A stretch of 64,000 nt of DNA, taken from NCBI GenBank assembly GCA_003344405.1, contig NOWV01000184.1, positions 1 through 64,000 on the forward strand. The letters run 5' to 3'. Shown piece by piece: positions 53,681-64,000 of this stretch. The position numbers and the translations under genes were made by a program. The first letter of the stretch is position 1. Each line of letters begins with the position of its first letter. The notes beneath the pieces were generated by a model that worked only from the letters and a program-made list of their open reading frames with translations, was not told where the DNA came from and ran no database searches. Origin of the DNA: Trichoplax sp. H2. Lineage: Eukaryota.

Positions 53681-53770
53681 CCCATAACGGCCATCGACAG
53701 TCCATTACCTCTCAAACATTGCTAAAAATTAATGGCAAGAAAATTCCCTCATCAGTATCAGCTAGAAATC
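53681..53770 (+). CDS. PDE1: Probable upstream PDE1 exon (HNGHRQSITSQTLLKINGKKIPSSVSARN), symmetric phase 1-1
   Basis: Long pyrimidine tract then aatcAG; 90 nt open; donor C|gtaagt; phase matches the exon at 57123. Confidence 0.65.
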
Positions 53771-55380
53771 GTAAGTATGAATATGTACCAACTTATTTGA
53801 ATCATCTTTCGACTTCTACATTTGTATGCAGTTTATGAAAAGTTTTTTTTAATTTCACTTTCGATTCAATGAGACCGAAAAGCATTTACTAATTACATAT
53901 TGACGAATGAGTAAGAAAATTTGGTAATGAAGGAAGAGAATTCATGAAATTTTTCTAGGAAAATTATCGTAACGGTTTACTATCTGTGAATTGCTCCTAG
54001 CTATTAAATGTTTCACTTTATGAACGTATAGCTAATAATAGTCAATGAATTATGAAATGAAGCCTTCAATATAATGTACTACAAGATATTATTTGTAATA
54101 TAATTTACGTGGCATTAAACTTGATATTAATAAGTAGGAATCTAGTGATGAAAGATGCTTAAAAGTTTGTACCTTGGAAAGTAAAGTACGATAGAAAGAT
54201 TTATAACTAGACCTACGGAGTATCGAACTCTACAATAGTGCCATAAAGTTAGCGAGAGCAAATAAAACTTTTAATGCAGAAAATTTGTCTTGATAAGTTT
54301 TATTCAGAAATCGATAGTATATTGATCTCCAAAGTAGCAGATATTAGTAGGCAAATTACAATTGAGTAGGTAATAGAATAATTTAATGTTTTATATACGT
54401 CTTATAAAATACGATCACGAAAATTCCAAAGTTGCAGAAAATTAGAACTTTATTAGATCTAATACAAAGACTAGCTACATACAGCTCTACTGTAACCGAA
54501 TACAACTACTGAAAGACTTCTAGAAAGAACGATCGGATAATCTATTATCTCCTGCTTTTATACCCTCCGTAGCCTTCGCAGCTACAATCAGCATAACAGC
54601 ATTCTATTATATTTTACTCATATTCAGCTTATTATTAGTTGCAATATTTTACAGCGAACCATCATTAATCTAATATGGAAATGATTACAGTATTTTCGTA
54701 GACATTATTCGCATCACTCAAAGTACAATGAACTAAGCATATCCTAATATATAATTTACAATTCTATTTCTACCTCTAACCATATTGGTAGCTCGATATC
54801 TTACTGTGCAGTATCTACAGTATATAGTCATCTGTACTCTGGCATAGAGTTTATCCTTATAGTCTACAGTATAATTATGGGCTAGCTAATATATACATAT
54901 ATATCATAAGATAAATACAGAAAACATAATACCGTATAGATATCATACTAAACATGGCTAATAGCCTACAATCACAATACTAAGTTACTAAGTTATTTTA
55001 CAGTATGGTTTGCATGAAATTGGGTACTACGTTGCTTAATATAAATATAACTTTAAGTAATAACTTAGAAATTAAAATAAAGCATTATGAAGAGAATTGT
55101 GTGTACTTTCTCTACTGTGCCTTTAAAAGACATTCGGTTAGGATTAAATAGCGATGATAAAGGACTAGCTATCAGTATGATGAAATTGATGACTTAAAAA
55201 TGATCTTCGCTGTAGGTATGGCCGCCGGATAAAAAAAGCAGAATTTAAGCGAAAACTAGTTGTTACTATTCCAATACTTACTGTAGAATGGTTTTAACTC
55301 ATGGACAATATGCTGTACAATTTAATTAGGAAAATGATGTTAGGACTGTAATGAAATGAAAGATGTAGAGATCTAGCTAC

Positions 55381-56262
55381 AAAACTTTAACAAATTTTGA
55401 TTCTACTTTCGTTACACTCCGATCGACTTAACGAAACTTTGACACCGAATAAAAATCTGAGGAAATAGTCGATCAACAATTTATTACAAAAAAAAGGAGA
55501 AGTATAAACCGAAAAACCTTACAAATACTTAACTTTAAGTATTAATAAAATAAGTGACAGACTTAAAAACTGTCAACAACCAAACGACCTTTCAAAAAGA
55601 AGAACGTTTTAACTTACGACAAATCGACCCTGAAGGCCTTTTAAATTTAACAATTTCTTCAAAAGAATCTTCTACTCTCCCTCTAAATTTTCTAATTGCA
55701 CTATCATTTATAGCGTTCGTAGAGCCGTCAGAGGTATTTAAAACTAAACATTTACTAACCAATCGCTCTTAAGATCCATTTTAGAAAACTACTTTGCCCC
55801 ATTTAAGAAAACAAAAATCATTCAAAGTTCAGATACAATTTACCCTTTTATTCTCTTACAAAACACTATAAAACCAACAAGTTAACTATAAAATATATCA
55901 AACTTCACTTCTAACATAATTTCTATCATTAATACATTATAAAAGTCTAAAAATTAACCTTTAAACATCAAGATTTAGTCATAAAAATAGCAGTCTAACT
56001 ACTTGACAATCAACACAACCTCTGCCAATTTCCATCTTATTTTCTATTTTCCTAACTATACTTTCCTAATGTGGCTTTCATGTCACGTCATAAAATTCCA
56101 AAGTTTCAGATTCATAACAAAAAGTTCAAATTTCAAAAATCGACTCTTACGATATTTTCCATAAACTAAAATCCAAAAATTAAAACAGAAAAATTATATC
56201 GGACATAAATCCGACAGGTTCCGGAATCCGAATCCGAAAAACCCGGATTTTATAAAGATCAC
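55381..56262. mobile_element. Possible decayed inserted element (G-depleted on + strand, ATCCG-repeat end resembling a DNA-transposon terminus)
   Basis: Hand count of 55741-56160 gives about 89 C versus 25 G; the right end reads AAATCCGACAGGTTCCGGAATCCGAATCCGAAAAACCCGGATTT; no matching left terminus found. Confidence 0.35.
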
Positions 56263-57122
56263 AGTAATCGCTTATCAAGAAATTTTATATGACTACTGCG
56301 ACTACTTTTCTGACATTAGTATCGCTTAGTATTGACAATTGATATTTTAGCGTCAAGTTGTAAGGTAACTGTACGATTATAGACTACATTACAGTACTTT
56401 ACTGTCATGTTATAAATCCCCTTTTACTATGGATAGGGTTTTGTTACTAAGTCAAATTCATTTACAATTTGAATAGACGATCAAACGCTCTTTCTTTAGA
56501 TTAGGCAATTGCTCTAGGGCTACTTCTATAGTAATCTATATAATACTTTGTAAAATAATGAAGAAGAAAAGATGGCGACATGATGATTTGGCAGGGTAAA
56601 ACTTAAAGACACTATCACTTTATAGGTATTTTCTATAGTAAAATAATACTAGTTACGTACTAAAAGCTATAAAGGACTCCAATTTTAGTCCTTTACTACA
56701 CGACAATCCTACGCAAACTATGTCCGCTATAGTATGAGATATTTGAAGTTCTTGACGCACTTTCTATCATCAGAGAAGTTATCATACGTTGTAATTTAAA
56801 CTTTTTAACCTGGGTTTTATGATGATAATTCGAGATTTCATTCAAAAAAGTTCGCAGTTATTATAGAATAAATCAGGATGTGACTTAGCCAATCTAAAAG
56901 ATGAAATTTAGTATAGATATAAGTATTTGATTAATTAGCCTTCCAACGAATGTCTTGGGTCAAATTATAAAGGTGGAAGGGGTGAATGGCAGAAAAATTG
57001 AGGCTATGACATTTGTTCAGATTTGTTGTTCTTTTCATAACTAGAAGCAATGGTGGAAATTAAACTATTAATTAACTACTCAACATCTTCACTATAATAA
57101 CAGTCTTTTACTTTATTAACAG

Positions 57123-57360
57123 GTGTAACAGCGAGTTCTACTGCGATATCGGCAGGAATATCAACATCTACTACTACTGGAGCTAACAACGTTTCTGGCT
57201 CTGGTGTACCAATAACGGTAGATCCTGAATCATCACCTGACCATCCAGTTATCGGTTTTCAAGACAATTCCTCTGGTCAAGGTAATTTTATGAAGGAACT
57301 GAGTTTAGATACTTTACCTCATCCCGAATCGGATCGAGCGCCAGTTGAAGCCTTGCATCG
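57123..57360 (+). CDS. PDE1: PDE1 exon: Ser/Thr-rich N-terminal region ending ...LDTLPHPESDRAPVEALH(R)
   Basis: ttttattaacAG acceptor, open frame, phase-2 donor CG|gtatgt that completes Arg with the next exon. Confidence 0.85.
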
Positions 57361-60300
57361 GTATGTATGTGCTCATATGTATATTTTATAGCGCCATAAT
57401 TTACCGACTTGATTTTCTGTTTTAAGTCAGATACTTATAACAAGTTGCATGACAAATTTATTCTCCGACACATTGCATTCCGATTGAAATTACGATGATA
57501 CCATTTTTTAGTTATCATCCTTGAGATTTCTGCCATTTAGAGTTGCATACAATGGAATCAAAGTAGCTTTCATTTATAGGAATCAATAAGTAAAATATAT
57601 TTCCCATGATATAGCTAGATTACACGGAAATTATGTAAAAAGAGCAGTGGAGTTCATATCACAACTTAAATAATATATCTATTCTATTTACAACGAAGCA
57701 GCTTTTGATCGTTTCAATTTTAATGGCTGTCTACATCGCTTATAAGCATCAATTAATATATCCAATATTGCTATAATTTTGCTTTGGGGAAAATGAGTTT
57801 ATGTCTTCCAAAATCAACTGATCAACAAACAGCGATTAAATAATTCTTTTTATTGCATTGAAGCCTTGTTCTCTAGTATAAACACATGTAATATCTGAAT
57901 TCGTATTTGCCTTGTACTTCAGAAATTCGACGTAAAATTCTTGAATTGGTAGTGGTTTTTGAATACTTTAGAATCGTACAAATCACTCAAATATTTTCTG
58001 CATTTAAAATTGCGATAAATTTTATTCCATCAACTGATGGTTCAAGTGCAATAAAGTGTTGCAACTACAACAGGAGTTTAGAGCTATAATTTTAGTTTTA
58101 TTTCTAGCAGAATTTGTTATGGTTATGTTAATCTTGGTAGTTTATTCGACAGTAAAAAGAATAGATTAATCGACATTAGTTTTAAAACTAATATCAGAAA
58201 TGAGTTGTTAGTTATATCATCCTTTAATTTACAACATTTAGATCAACGAATAGAACTAAGTGACGTCTTAGTCTCGAAACGAAAAAGCTCAAAACATACA
58301 TTTCATAGTTGAGAAAGAATACTTTCGTTGATGATAATAACTTTGTATAGTGAATTGTATTTTACGAGCAATAGCGACTATAGCATCCATTCAATTGCCT
58401 TAGAATGATATGCAAATTGTTTTCTGGCACCCAAAAAACTTTTAAAATGCGTTCTTACCAATATACTTAAGGATATGGATAATCTCTACAATTAGTTTTA
58501 ATACTTTATTCATATTCAAATTTTATTAGGCTAAGAAGAATCATTGGGCTAATAGACTGTGGAATGAAATTAAATTATAAAGATATTCGTGAGAATATCA
58601 ATTATGTTATAGATGCCTTTGATGATTATGTTTTACAACGCCGCCGATTTAGCAAAATAGAGTAAGTACTATCAAACTAATTAGTATAGGCGTACTAAGC
58701 TTACTTTCATTAAGAACTGAAATTTAAATGCAGATATGGCATTATAATATCTTGCATACAAAAATTTTGTACTTTCTCTTCAGCCACTCCTAATACGCCG
58801 TAGCTAAGTATAGAGTAATTTTTAAATTTTTAGTAGTACTTATCAATTGAGCAGCTAAGCAGTATAGCTTGCTTTAGAATCGATTACTTTTATTATGTTG
58901 CACATAGAAGACACTAAAACTATCGCAATGCTATAATTACTACAGCGTAATAGGAGCAAAAGATCTTTAGCTTCAGTTTGCTGATTAGCTTAAGATCAAA
59001 GTTAATATATATAAATAGATAATGCTAGTCGAAATTAATATTATGATTGAAACATTAACATCACCTATATAGATGCTAATACATGATTGCCTTCTTTTCT
59101 TAGATATCCTGGCTTTGATGACACTACGACTAAGGGTATTATCAGTGACGAACCTGACGATGCCGAGATGAAAGTTAAAGAATGGATTGATGGTAGTATT
59201 GTAGTCCACGATGAAACTGAAAAAGAGGCTAACCGAGCTAAATTTTGCCGATTGATTAGCACAGTTCGGGTTAGCTTGTTAGTTGGCAAGTAAGTATTTT
59301 ATTGTGCTATTTATAAGATATTCTTATGGCTATTGTGGATTTTGCTAGACTGTCGACTAGGAATTTAGCTATAAATAATTATCAATAATTAATTAATACT
59401 AATCGTTGCAGAGCTGCAAGAAATGGTTTTTCATTACAGTATACACCAGAAATAGAAGCGTTACTGCAGGTAAGAGTTAATAGCGATCGATGATTTGCTC
59501 TCTTTGGTAAAACATTGGTAGCATCCAACTATTTCACTGATATAATTTTCGCTAACGCCTTCAGTCTAACTTCACTTGCTCATATTAGCGACAGAAATTC
59601 ATTTCAGCACTTGCTAATTATGCATTAATATTATGATGTTTAGCAAACCGATCAGTGGACATTCGATAACTTCTACCTCAGCGATATTACTAAAGGACAG
59701 CCGCTACGATATATGGGATACGAACTATTTCATAAGAATTGCAATTTACTGAACAAATTTGACGTAAGTATATTTAAGAAAGTTGATTTAGATATATATA
59801 CTTGGCTACAACTAACTGATCAGTTACTATCCAGCTATACCCTTGAAGTACAAAATGAAACTTAAAAATTGCTCTTCACCTATTAGATAACCGTAAGCTG
59901 TTTTGATGCTTTCCTTCAAACTGTTCAGCAAGGCTATGCAAAATATGATAATCCATATCATAATGTTATTCATGCAACCGATGTTTTACAAACGGTCTAT
60001 TATCTAACTACCAAGACCGGTCTATTGGTGAGTGCGATATTAATGCAGTAGCAAGATTACGAGGGCATATTCATGAGCTTAGATTGATTTCAGCTAAAGT
60101 CTTTATAATTTTCAAATTTTATCACGATCACCTTTTACACAATGGAGCTGGATGCAGTTAGTTAGCCTTTTATACATTCTACATAGTTATATACAGTGGT
60201 TAGCATAGTACCTATATCAAAATAAAATGAAATAACAGCTTGATGCGCCTATTTACAATATAAAGAGTAATTAAATCAGCATTTGGAGTTGAATTATAAT

Positions 60301-63300
60301 AATTTCCAGCCGTACAATACTACCTCGTAACGTAATGATCGGCTATAAACGGGTTCTATGGATTGAGTCTTTACCCAATGGTTGTTTCGCTTTTCCTTCT
60401 ACTTTCATTCTTAAGCATGTATAAGTCTGCTTTTATTAACTGAGATACATAACTTTGTTTAGATGCTTAATTTCTCTATTTTAATCCCTACTATTTAATG
60501 TTACGCATGTACATAGAATTGGTTGACAGATTTGGAAGTTTTCGCGTTGTTACTTGCTGCTGCAATCCACGATTATGAACATACAGGAACAACGAATAGC
60601 TTTCTAGTTGCTTCAGGGTAAGTAAAGCATTAGTGATTCAGTGTAGCTTTCTACTGATAGTTCAAGGAAGAAATGTACAATTATAGACGATAGTTGTGGA
60701 ATATCTAATCTAAACTATCTAACTTTTTCAGATCTGAACTTGCTTTAATGTATAACGATCGATCAGTTTTAGAGAATCATCACATATCCTGTGCATTTCG
60801 TGTTATAACACAGGTAGAATTCATTTATTTCAATGAACATTAATTTTTTACGTCATCATAATTATTACAAATAATTCAACAATAAATATTATTATAAAAT
60901 AAGATATTAAGATTTCCATGCTTCTAACTAAATTCTAGCCTGAACATGCCATCTTAAAAGGATTTTCCTATGAACAGTTTAGGTAAATAAAAATTTACCA
61001 TTTTAGTTGATCATAGGTAATTCATTCCCTTATTTACTGTGCCTTAACCATGCTTTAAACATTGCGCTTAATAGGGAAATTAGATGCATGATTATCGACA
61101 TGGTATTAGCGACTGATATGACAACGCATTTTCAGCAAGTTGAATTTATGAAAAGATCATTACTAAATCCAAAAGGGTGAGCAGATTGTTATTTCATTAA
61201 ATTTCTATTGTACCCTCAAAGTAATAATTGCATACCAATTTTTATCAAAAATTATCGTTATTGAGTTCAGTTTTTACAAATTAAAAGGACATTATATTTG
61301 TTAGTAGTTTTATACGATGTATTTCGTTCCACGCGATATCATTCTTACATTTAGCTTAAACTGCTGTTAAAACTGAATTAAGTTCTAATTCTTTAAATTT
61401 GGATATTTATTGATTATCTTATTAATTAACGGTTTTCACGTATATGTTGCAATAGAATCGAAAAAATAGATCGTACCAAAGTTTTGAACTATATTCTTCA
61501 CTGCGCTGACATTAGCCATCCCGCCAAATCATGGGAATTGCACAGTCGTTGGACGAATTTACTGATGAATGAATTTTTTAAACAGGTTCCTATTAATTTC
61601 GACTGATATAGCTATAATAGAATCTATGCACACTCCATTATAAATCGTTACTAGCTCCATCTTATACTACCAATTATTAAGGAAGTAGAACTAAAGTTTC
61701 GTGGTAACAATTCTTTTAGGGAGAATTGGAACATCAGCTGGGATTACCGTACTCACCTTTATGTGATAAAACGACGACGAAAATCCCTGAAAGTCAAGTT
61801 GGTGAGTAACAATTTCACAAATTTAAGATTGTAAATATAAATTGAATTACATCAAACTACATATTAAGGATGGATTCAGCCGAAGCTATAATTTCTGAAT
61901 CTTTGTTTCACATTGAGAGCGTGTCCTAGTTATTTCACAGTATTTCTCATCACAGCTCCATATTATAAGTGAGATTTTAACTTTGTGCTGTATAGTTTGA
62001 ACAATTATAAATGTTTGCTACTACTTCCGTTAAATCAAATTATATAGTAACAATTTATTGAATCCAGAGGTATCGATCGTCGGTTTTATGAAATATCATA
62101 GATATAAAAAGACTATTTCAGTACCGAGTCTCTTATACTATACAATATCATATATATGAGAAGACTACTCAACTATCATGTTTCTTATACAATTATTTAT
62201 TTTGCAATCAAACTTTTGCTCTAAATATAGATGCAGTACTTATGTTCATAACATGTTCCTATACATACGAATTGCTGTAGCAACTTAAGACTTAAACTAT
62301 AGCTATACGAAGCATTAATTAATTACTGATTGATTACATATTATCATTATATCATCTAATAACATTACATATTATTAGATGTCATTCTTTAAATTAATTA
62401 TCTGTCTTTCTTTAATTTTGATCACGCTATCATAATAGGATTTATCAACTTTATAGTTAATCCACTCTTTGACATATTTGGTGAAGTTATCGATAAAATT
62501 TCTCATCATGTGATGAACCAAAATGATGAAGAAGAATTACGAAAGACAGATACTGAAAAACCCTGGATTCAACCTATGAGAGACAATCATGAAAAATGGT
62601 TACATCAATGTCATGATTGTAAGCGTTCAGGTAAATGAATAAGCTTACAAAATTTCAGTAAATATTATAATAAAAATGGTTATGAATAGTTAAAATTAAT
62701 CTAATACAGTATCGCTAATTGTATATCGATAACTTGCGCAAGTAAAGATTCTTTCAAGAAAATTTTAATTACCGACGTAGTAGCTAAACCGAATTAAAAA
62801 TTGATAGTCTAGTAGCCATTAACATTTCACTATTTATTGCTATGGTAAATAAATAAAAAAGCATCATTTAAGTAGAATAAGGATCGAAAATGTAAATACC
62901 TCGCTAAACAACTCAATTTTGTCTACATCTGTTTCATAAAGCAGGTAATAGGTCATCTCGTGCATCGACAGCTGAAAAAACAGACGATAGTCGACCCAAA
63001 CGCAACTCTGTAGCTAATAGTGGCCCTTCTAATCATCAAGGAAAGCGTCAAAGTCTATCCAAGAAAGCTACTAGTAAATTTGATAGCCGCCGTTTTACCC
63101 GGACGCTATCATCGGAGTTTGTCACCATTGAAGATACCGGTGTTTTAGAGAAATCCGATTCATTTTCTGGCAACCTTTTGAAGTCAAATAATACGATTAA
63201 CCGCAAAAATAATTATCATGATCAGACGAAGAAAACGCAGCAAACATCAGCATCAACTACGACTGCAAATACAATAACACCAACAACGACATCAACGAAA

Positions 63301-63594
63301 ACAACATCATCGGTCACAACAACAATGAACAAATCCACAGTTACAAATGGTTCCATACCTAATGATGATATCAAGAAAAAAGCGTTAATAAAAGAGAAAT
63401 CAGACAGTGTAAATACAGATGTTAGCTCCATTAGCAGCCCACATCAGGATAATTTGGCCATGATAAAAATGAATATTGAATTAGATGAGTCTAATGATGC
63501 TATTGATGATAATACTAACGACGTTGTAGTAGAAACTATGGTAGATAGCGATGGCTATGAATCTTCTGAGTCACCAGATCAATTGGAAATGTAA
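57123..63594 (+). CDS. PDE1: Ca2+/calmodulin-dependent 3',5'-cyclic nucleotide phosphodiesterase (PDE1 family), 14-exon core; 5' end lies in upstream exons
   Basis: Exons 57123-57360, 58530-58661, 59104-59289, 59412-59469, 59644-59763, 59887-60027, 60517-60617, 60732-60813, 60939-60982, 61075-61176, 61456-61585, 61720-61801, 62439-62630 and 62945-63594 all have GT-AG boundaries with consistent phases (2258 nt, open frame to TAA at 63592-63594). The translation has the class I PDE motifs NPYHNVIHATD, IHDYEHTGTTN, YNDRSVLENHH, VLATDM, HCADISHP and SQVGFI. HDYEHTGTTN and DISHP are typical of PDE1. Confidence 0.95.
58530..58661 (+). CDS. PDE1: PDE1 exon: first calmodulin-binding region (RLRRIIGLIDCGMKLNYKDIRENINYVIDAFDDY)
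   Basis: ttttattAG / GA|gtaagt; aligns by eye to the PDE1 segment RLRCLVKQLE...DLKKNLEYAA. Confidence 0.9.
59104..59289 (+). CDS. PDE1: PDE1 exon: inhibitory and second CaM-binding region (KVKEWIDGSI...KFCRLISTVRVSLLVGK)
   Basis: cttcttttcttAG / AA|gtaagt; explains ORF 59087-59293; resembles PDE1 EVRDWLASTF...RFRSIVHAVQAGIFVER. Confidence 0.9.
59412..59469 (+). CDS. PDE1: PDE1 exon (AARNGFSLQYTPEIEALLQ)
   Basis: ttgcAG / CAG|gtaaga; phase 2 to 0. Confidence 0.9.
59644..59763 (+). CDS. PDE1: PDE1 exon: start of catalytic domain (QTDQWTFDNFYLSDITKGQPLRYMGYELF)
   Basis: tttAG / GAC|gtaagt; W-x-F-D motif. Confidence 0.93.
59887..60027 (+). CDS. PDE1: PDE1 exon with GYAKYDNPYHNVIHATDVLQT
   Basis: tattAG / TTG|gtgagt; metal-binding HNxxH motif. 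Confidence 0.96.
60517..60617 (+). CDS. PDE1: PDE1 exon with NWLTDLEVFALLLAAAIHDYEHTGTTNSF
   Basis: acatAG / GG|gtaagt; HD signature. Confidence 0.96.
60732..60813 (+). CDS. PDE1: PDE1 exon SELALMYNDRSVLENHHISCAFRVITQ
   Basis: tttttcAG / CAG|gtagaa. Confidence 0.96.
60939..60982 (+). CDS. PDE1: PDE1 short exon PEHAILKGFSYEQF(R)
   Basis: ttctAG / AG|gtaaat; needed for phase continuity. Confidence 0.9.
61075..61176 (+). CDS. PDE1: PDE1 exon EIRCMIIDMVLATDMTTHFQQVEFMKRSLLNPK
   Basis: aatAG / GG|gtgagc; LATDM motif. Confidence 0.95.
61456..61585 (+). CDS. PDE1: PDE1 exon IDRTKVLNYILHCADISHPAKSWELHSRWTNLLMNEFFKQ
   Basis: aatAG acceptor; donor CAG|gttcct is a weak consensus match. Confidence 0.93.
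61720..61801 (+). CDS. PDE1: PDE1 exon GELEHQLGLPYSPLCDKTTTKIPESQV
   Basis: ttcttttAG / G|gtgagt; contains the invariant substrate-binding Gln. Confidence 0.95.
62439..62630 (+). CDS. PDE1: PDE1 exon: end of catalytic domain (FINFIVNPLFD...PWIQPMRDNHEKW)
   Basis: aatAG acceptor; donor G|gtaaat after 62630, with an alternative same-phase donor T|gtaagc after 62618. Confidence 0.9.
62945..63594 (+). CDS. PDE1: PDE1 terminal exon: about 215-aa low-complexity Ser/Thr-rich then acidic tail
   Basis: aaagcAG acceptor in phase 1; frame continues into ORF 63178-63594 and ends at TAA. Confidence 0.85.
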
Positions 63595-64000
63595 CTATTA
63601 TGATTTGAATTTCTTAAAACTAATCAATACTTGAGTACCCGAAAAGACTAATTCATCACAAAACGATCAAAGGTGATATTTATAAATATCGTAATGGTAT
63701 TAATCATATTTTACCAATTTACTACATTAACGGATGTTAATCTGAGATTAACTCAAATTATCGATGTTTCCAGCAGGTAATAATTGGTACATTCACCTGA
63801 TCGAGTTAAGATTTAAAGTGTATAATTTAATCTCGATTGCATTGATGGTAATTTTTTAATTATAAAATATCGAAATAGAGTTGTAGTTATACAGTATATG
63901 ATTTAACTTCACCGTCAACTTACGTGGAGATATAAAGATATCTATTTTGATTGACATTGTACATTGATATAACATTAATTTATCATTATTATTAGCAATA

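Noticed and set aside
55554..55772. 72-aa plus-strand ORF as a PDE1 exon or a gene
   Set aside because: Lies in the skewed insert, lacks suitable splice sites and reads like an antisense shadow
58784..58807. Strong unused acceptor (ctttctcttcAG) inside a PDE1 intron, as a micro-exon
   Set aside because: Stops in all three frames within 24 nt and the donor is weak; at most a poison or decoy site
58985..59289. Minus-strand ORFs 58985-59209 and 59065-59289 (likewise 63222-63431)
   Set aside because: Antisense shadows of PDE1 exons

Overview
AT-rich eukaryotic (animal) genomic DNA with short GT-AG introns and two 20-N assembly gaps. Composition and intron style resemble a placozoan (Trichoplax-like) genome; this is an inference only. 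The one confidently identified gene is a plus-strand Ca2+/calmodulin-dependent cyclic nucleotide phosphodiesterase (PDE1 family). I assembled it by hand from 14 phase-consistent exons at 57123-63594. Phase-compatible candidate upstream exons lie at 53681, 43869/43892, 24062 and 14969, the last encoding an N-myristoylation-type start (MGTSGSK). The first coding exon of an unidentified minus-strand gene is at 1787-1885, below a GC-richer region with a GTAC-rich minisatellite and a dense cluster of Sox/HMG-type ACAAT motifs. The rest is non-coding and contains many unrelated, diverged local tandem duplications (about 110-300 bp units), two allelic contig overlaps at the gaps, a strongly G-depleted segment with a transposon-like end, and a few decayed exon-like remnants on the minus strand. 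I found no prokaryotic-type systems (CRISPR, operons) and no RNA genes. No database searches were possible.
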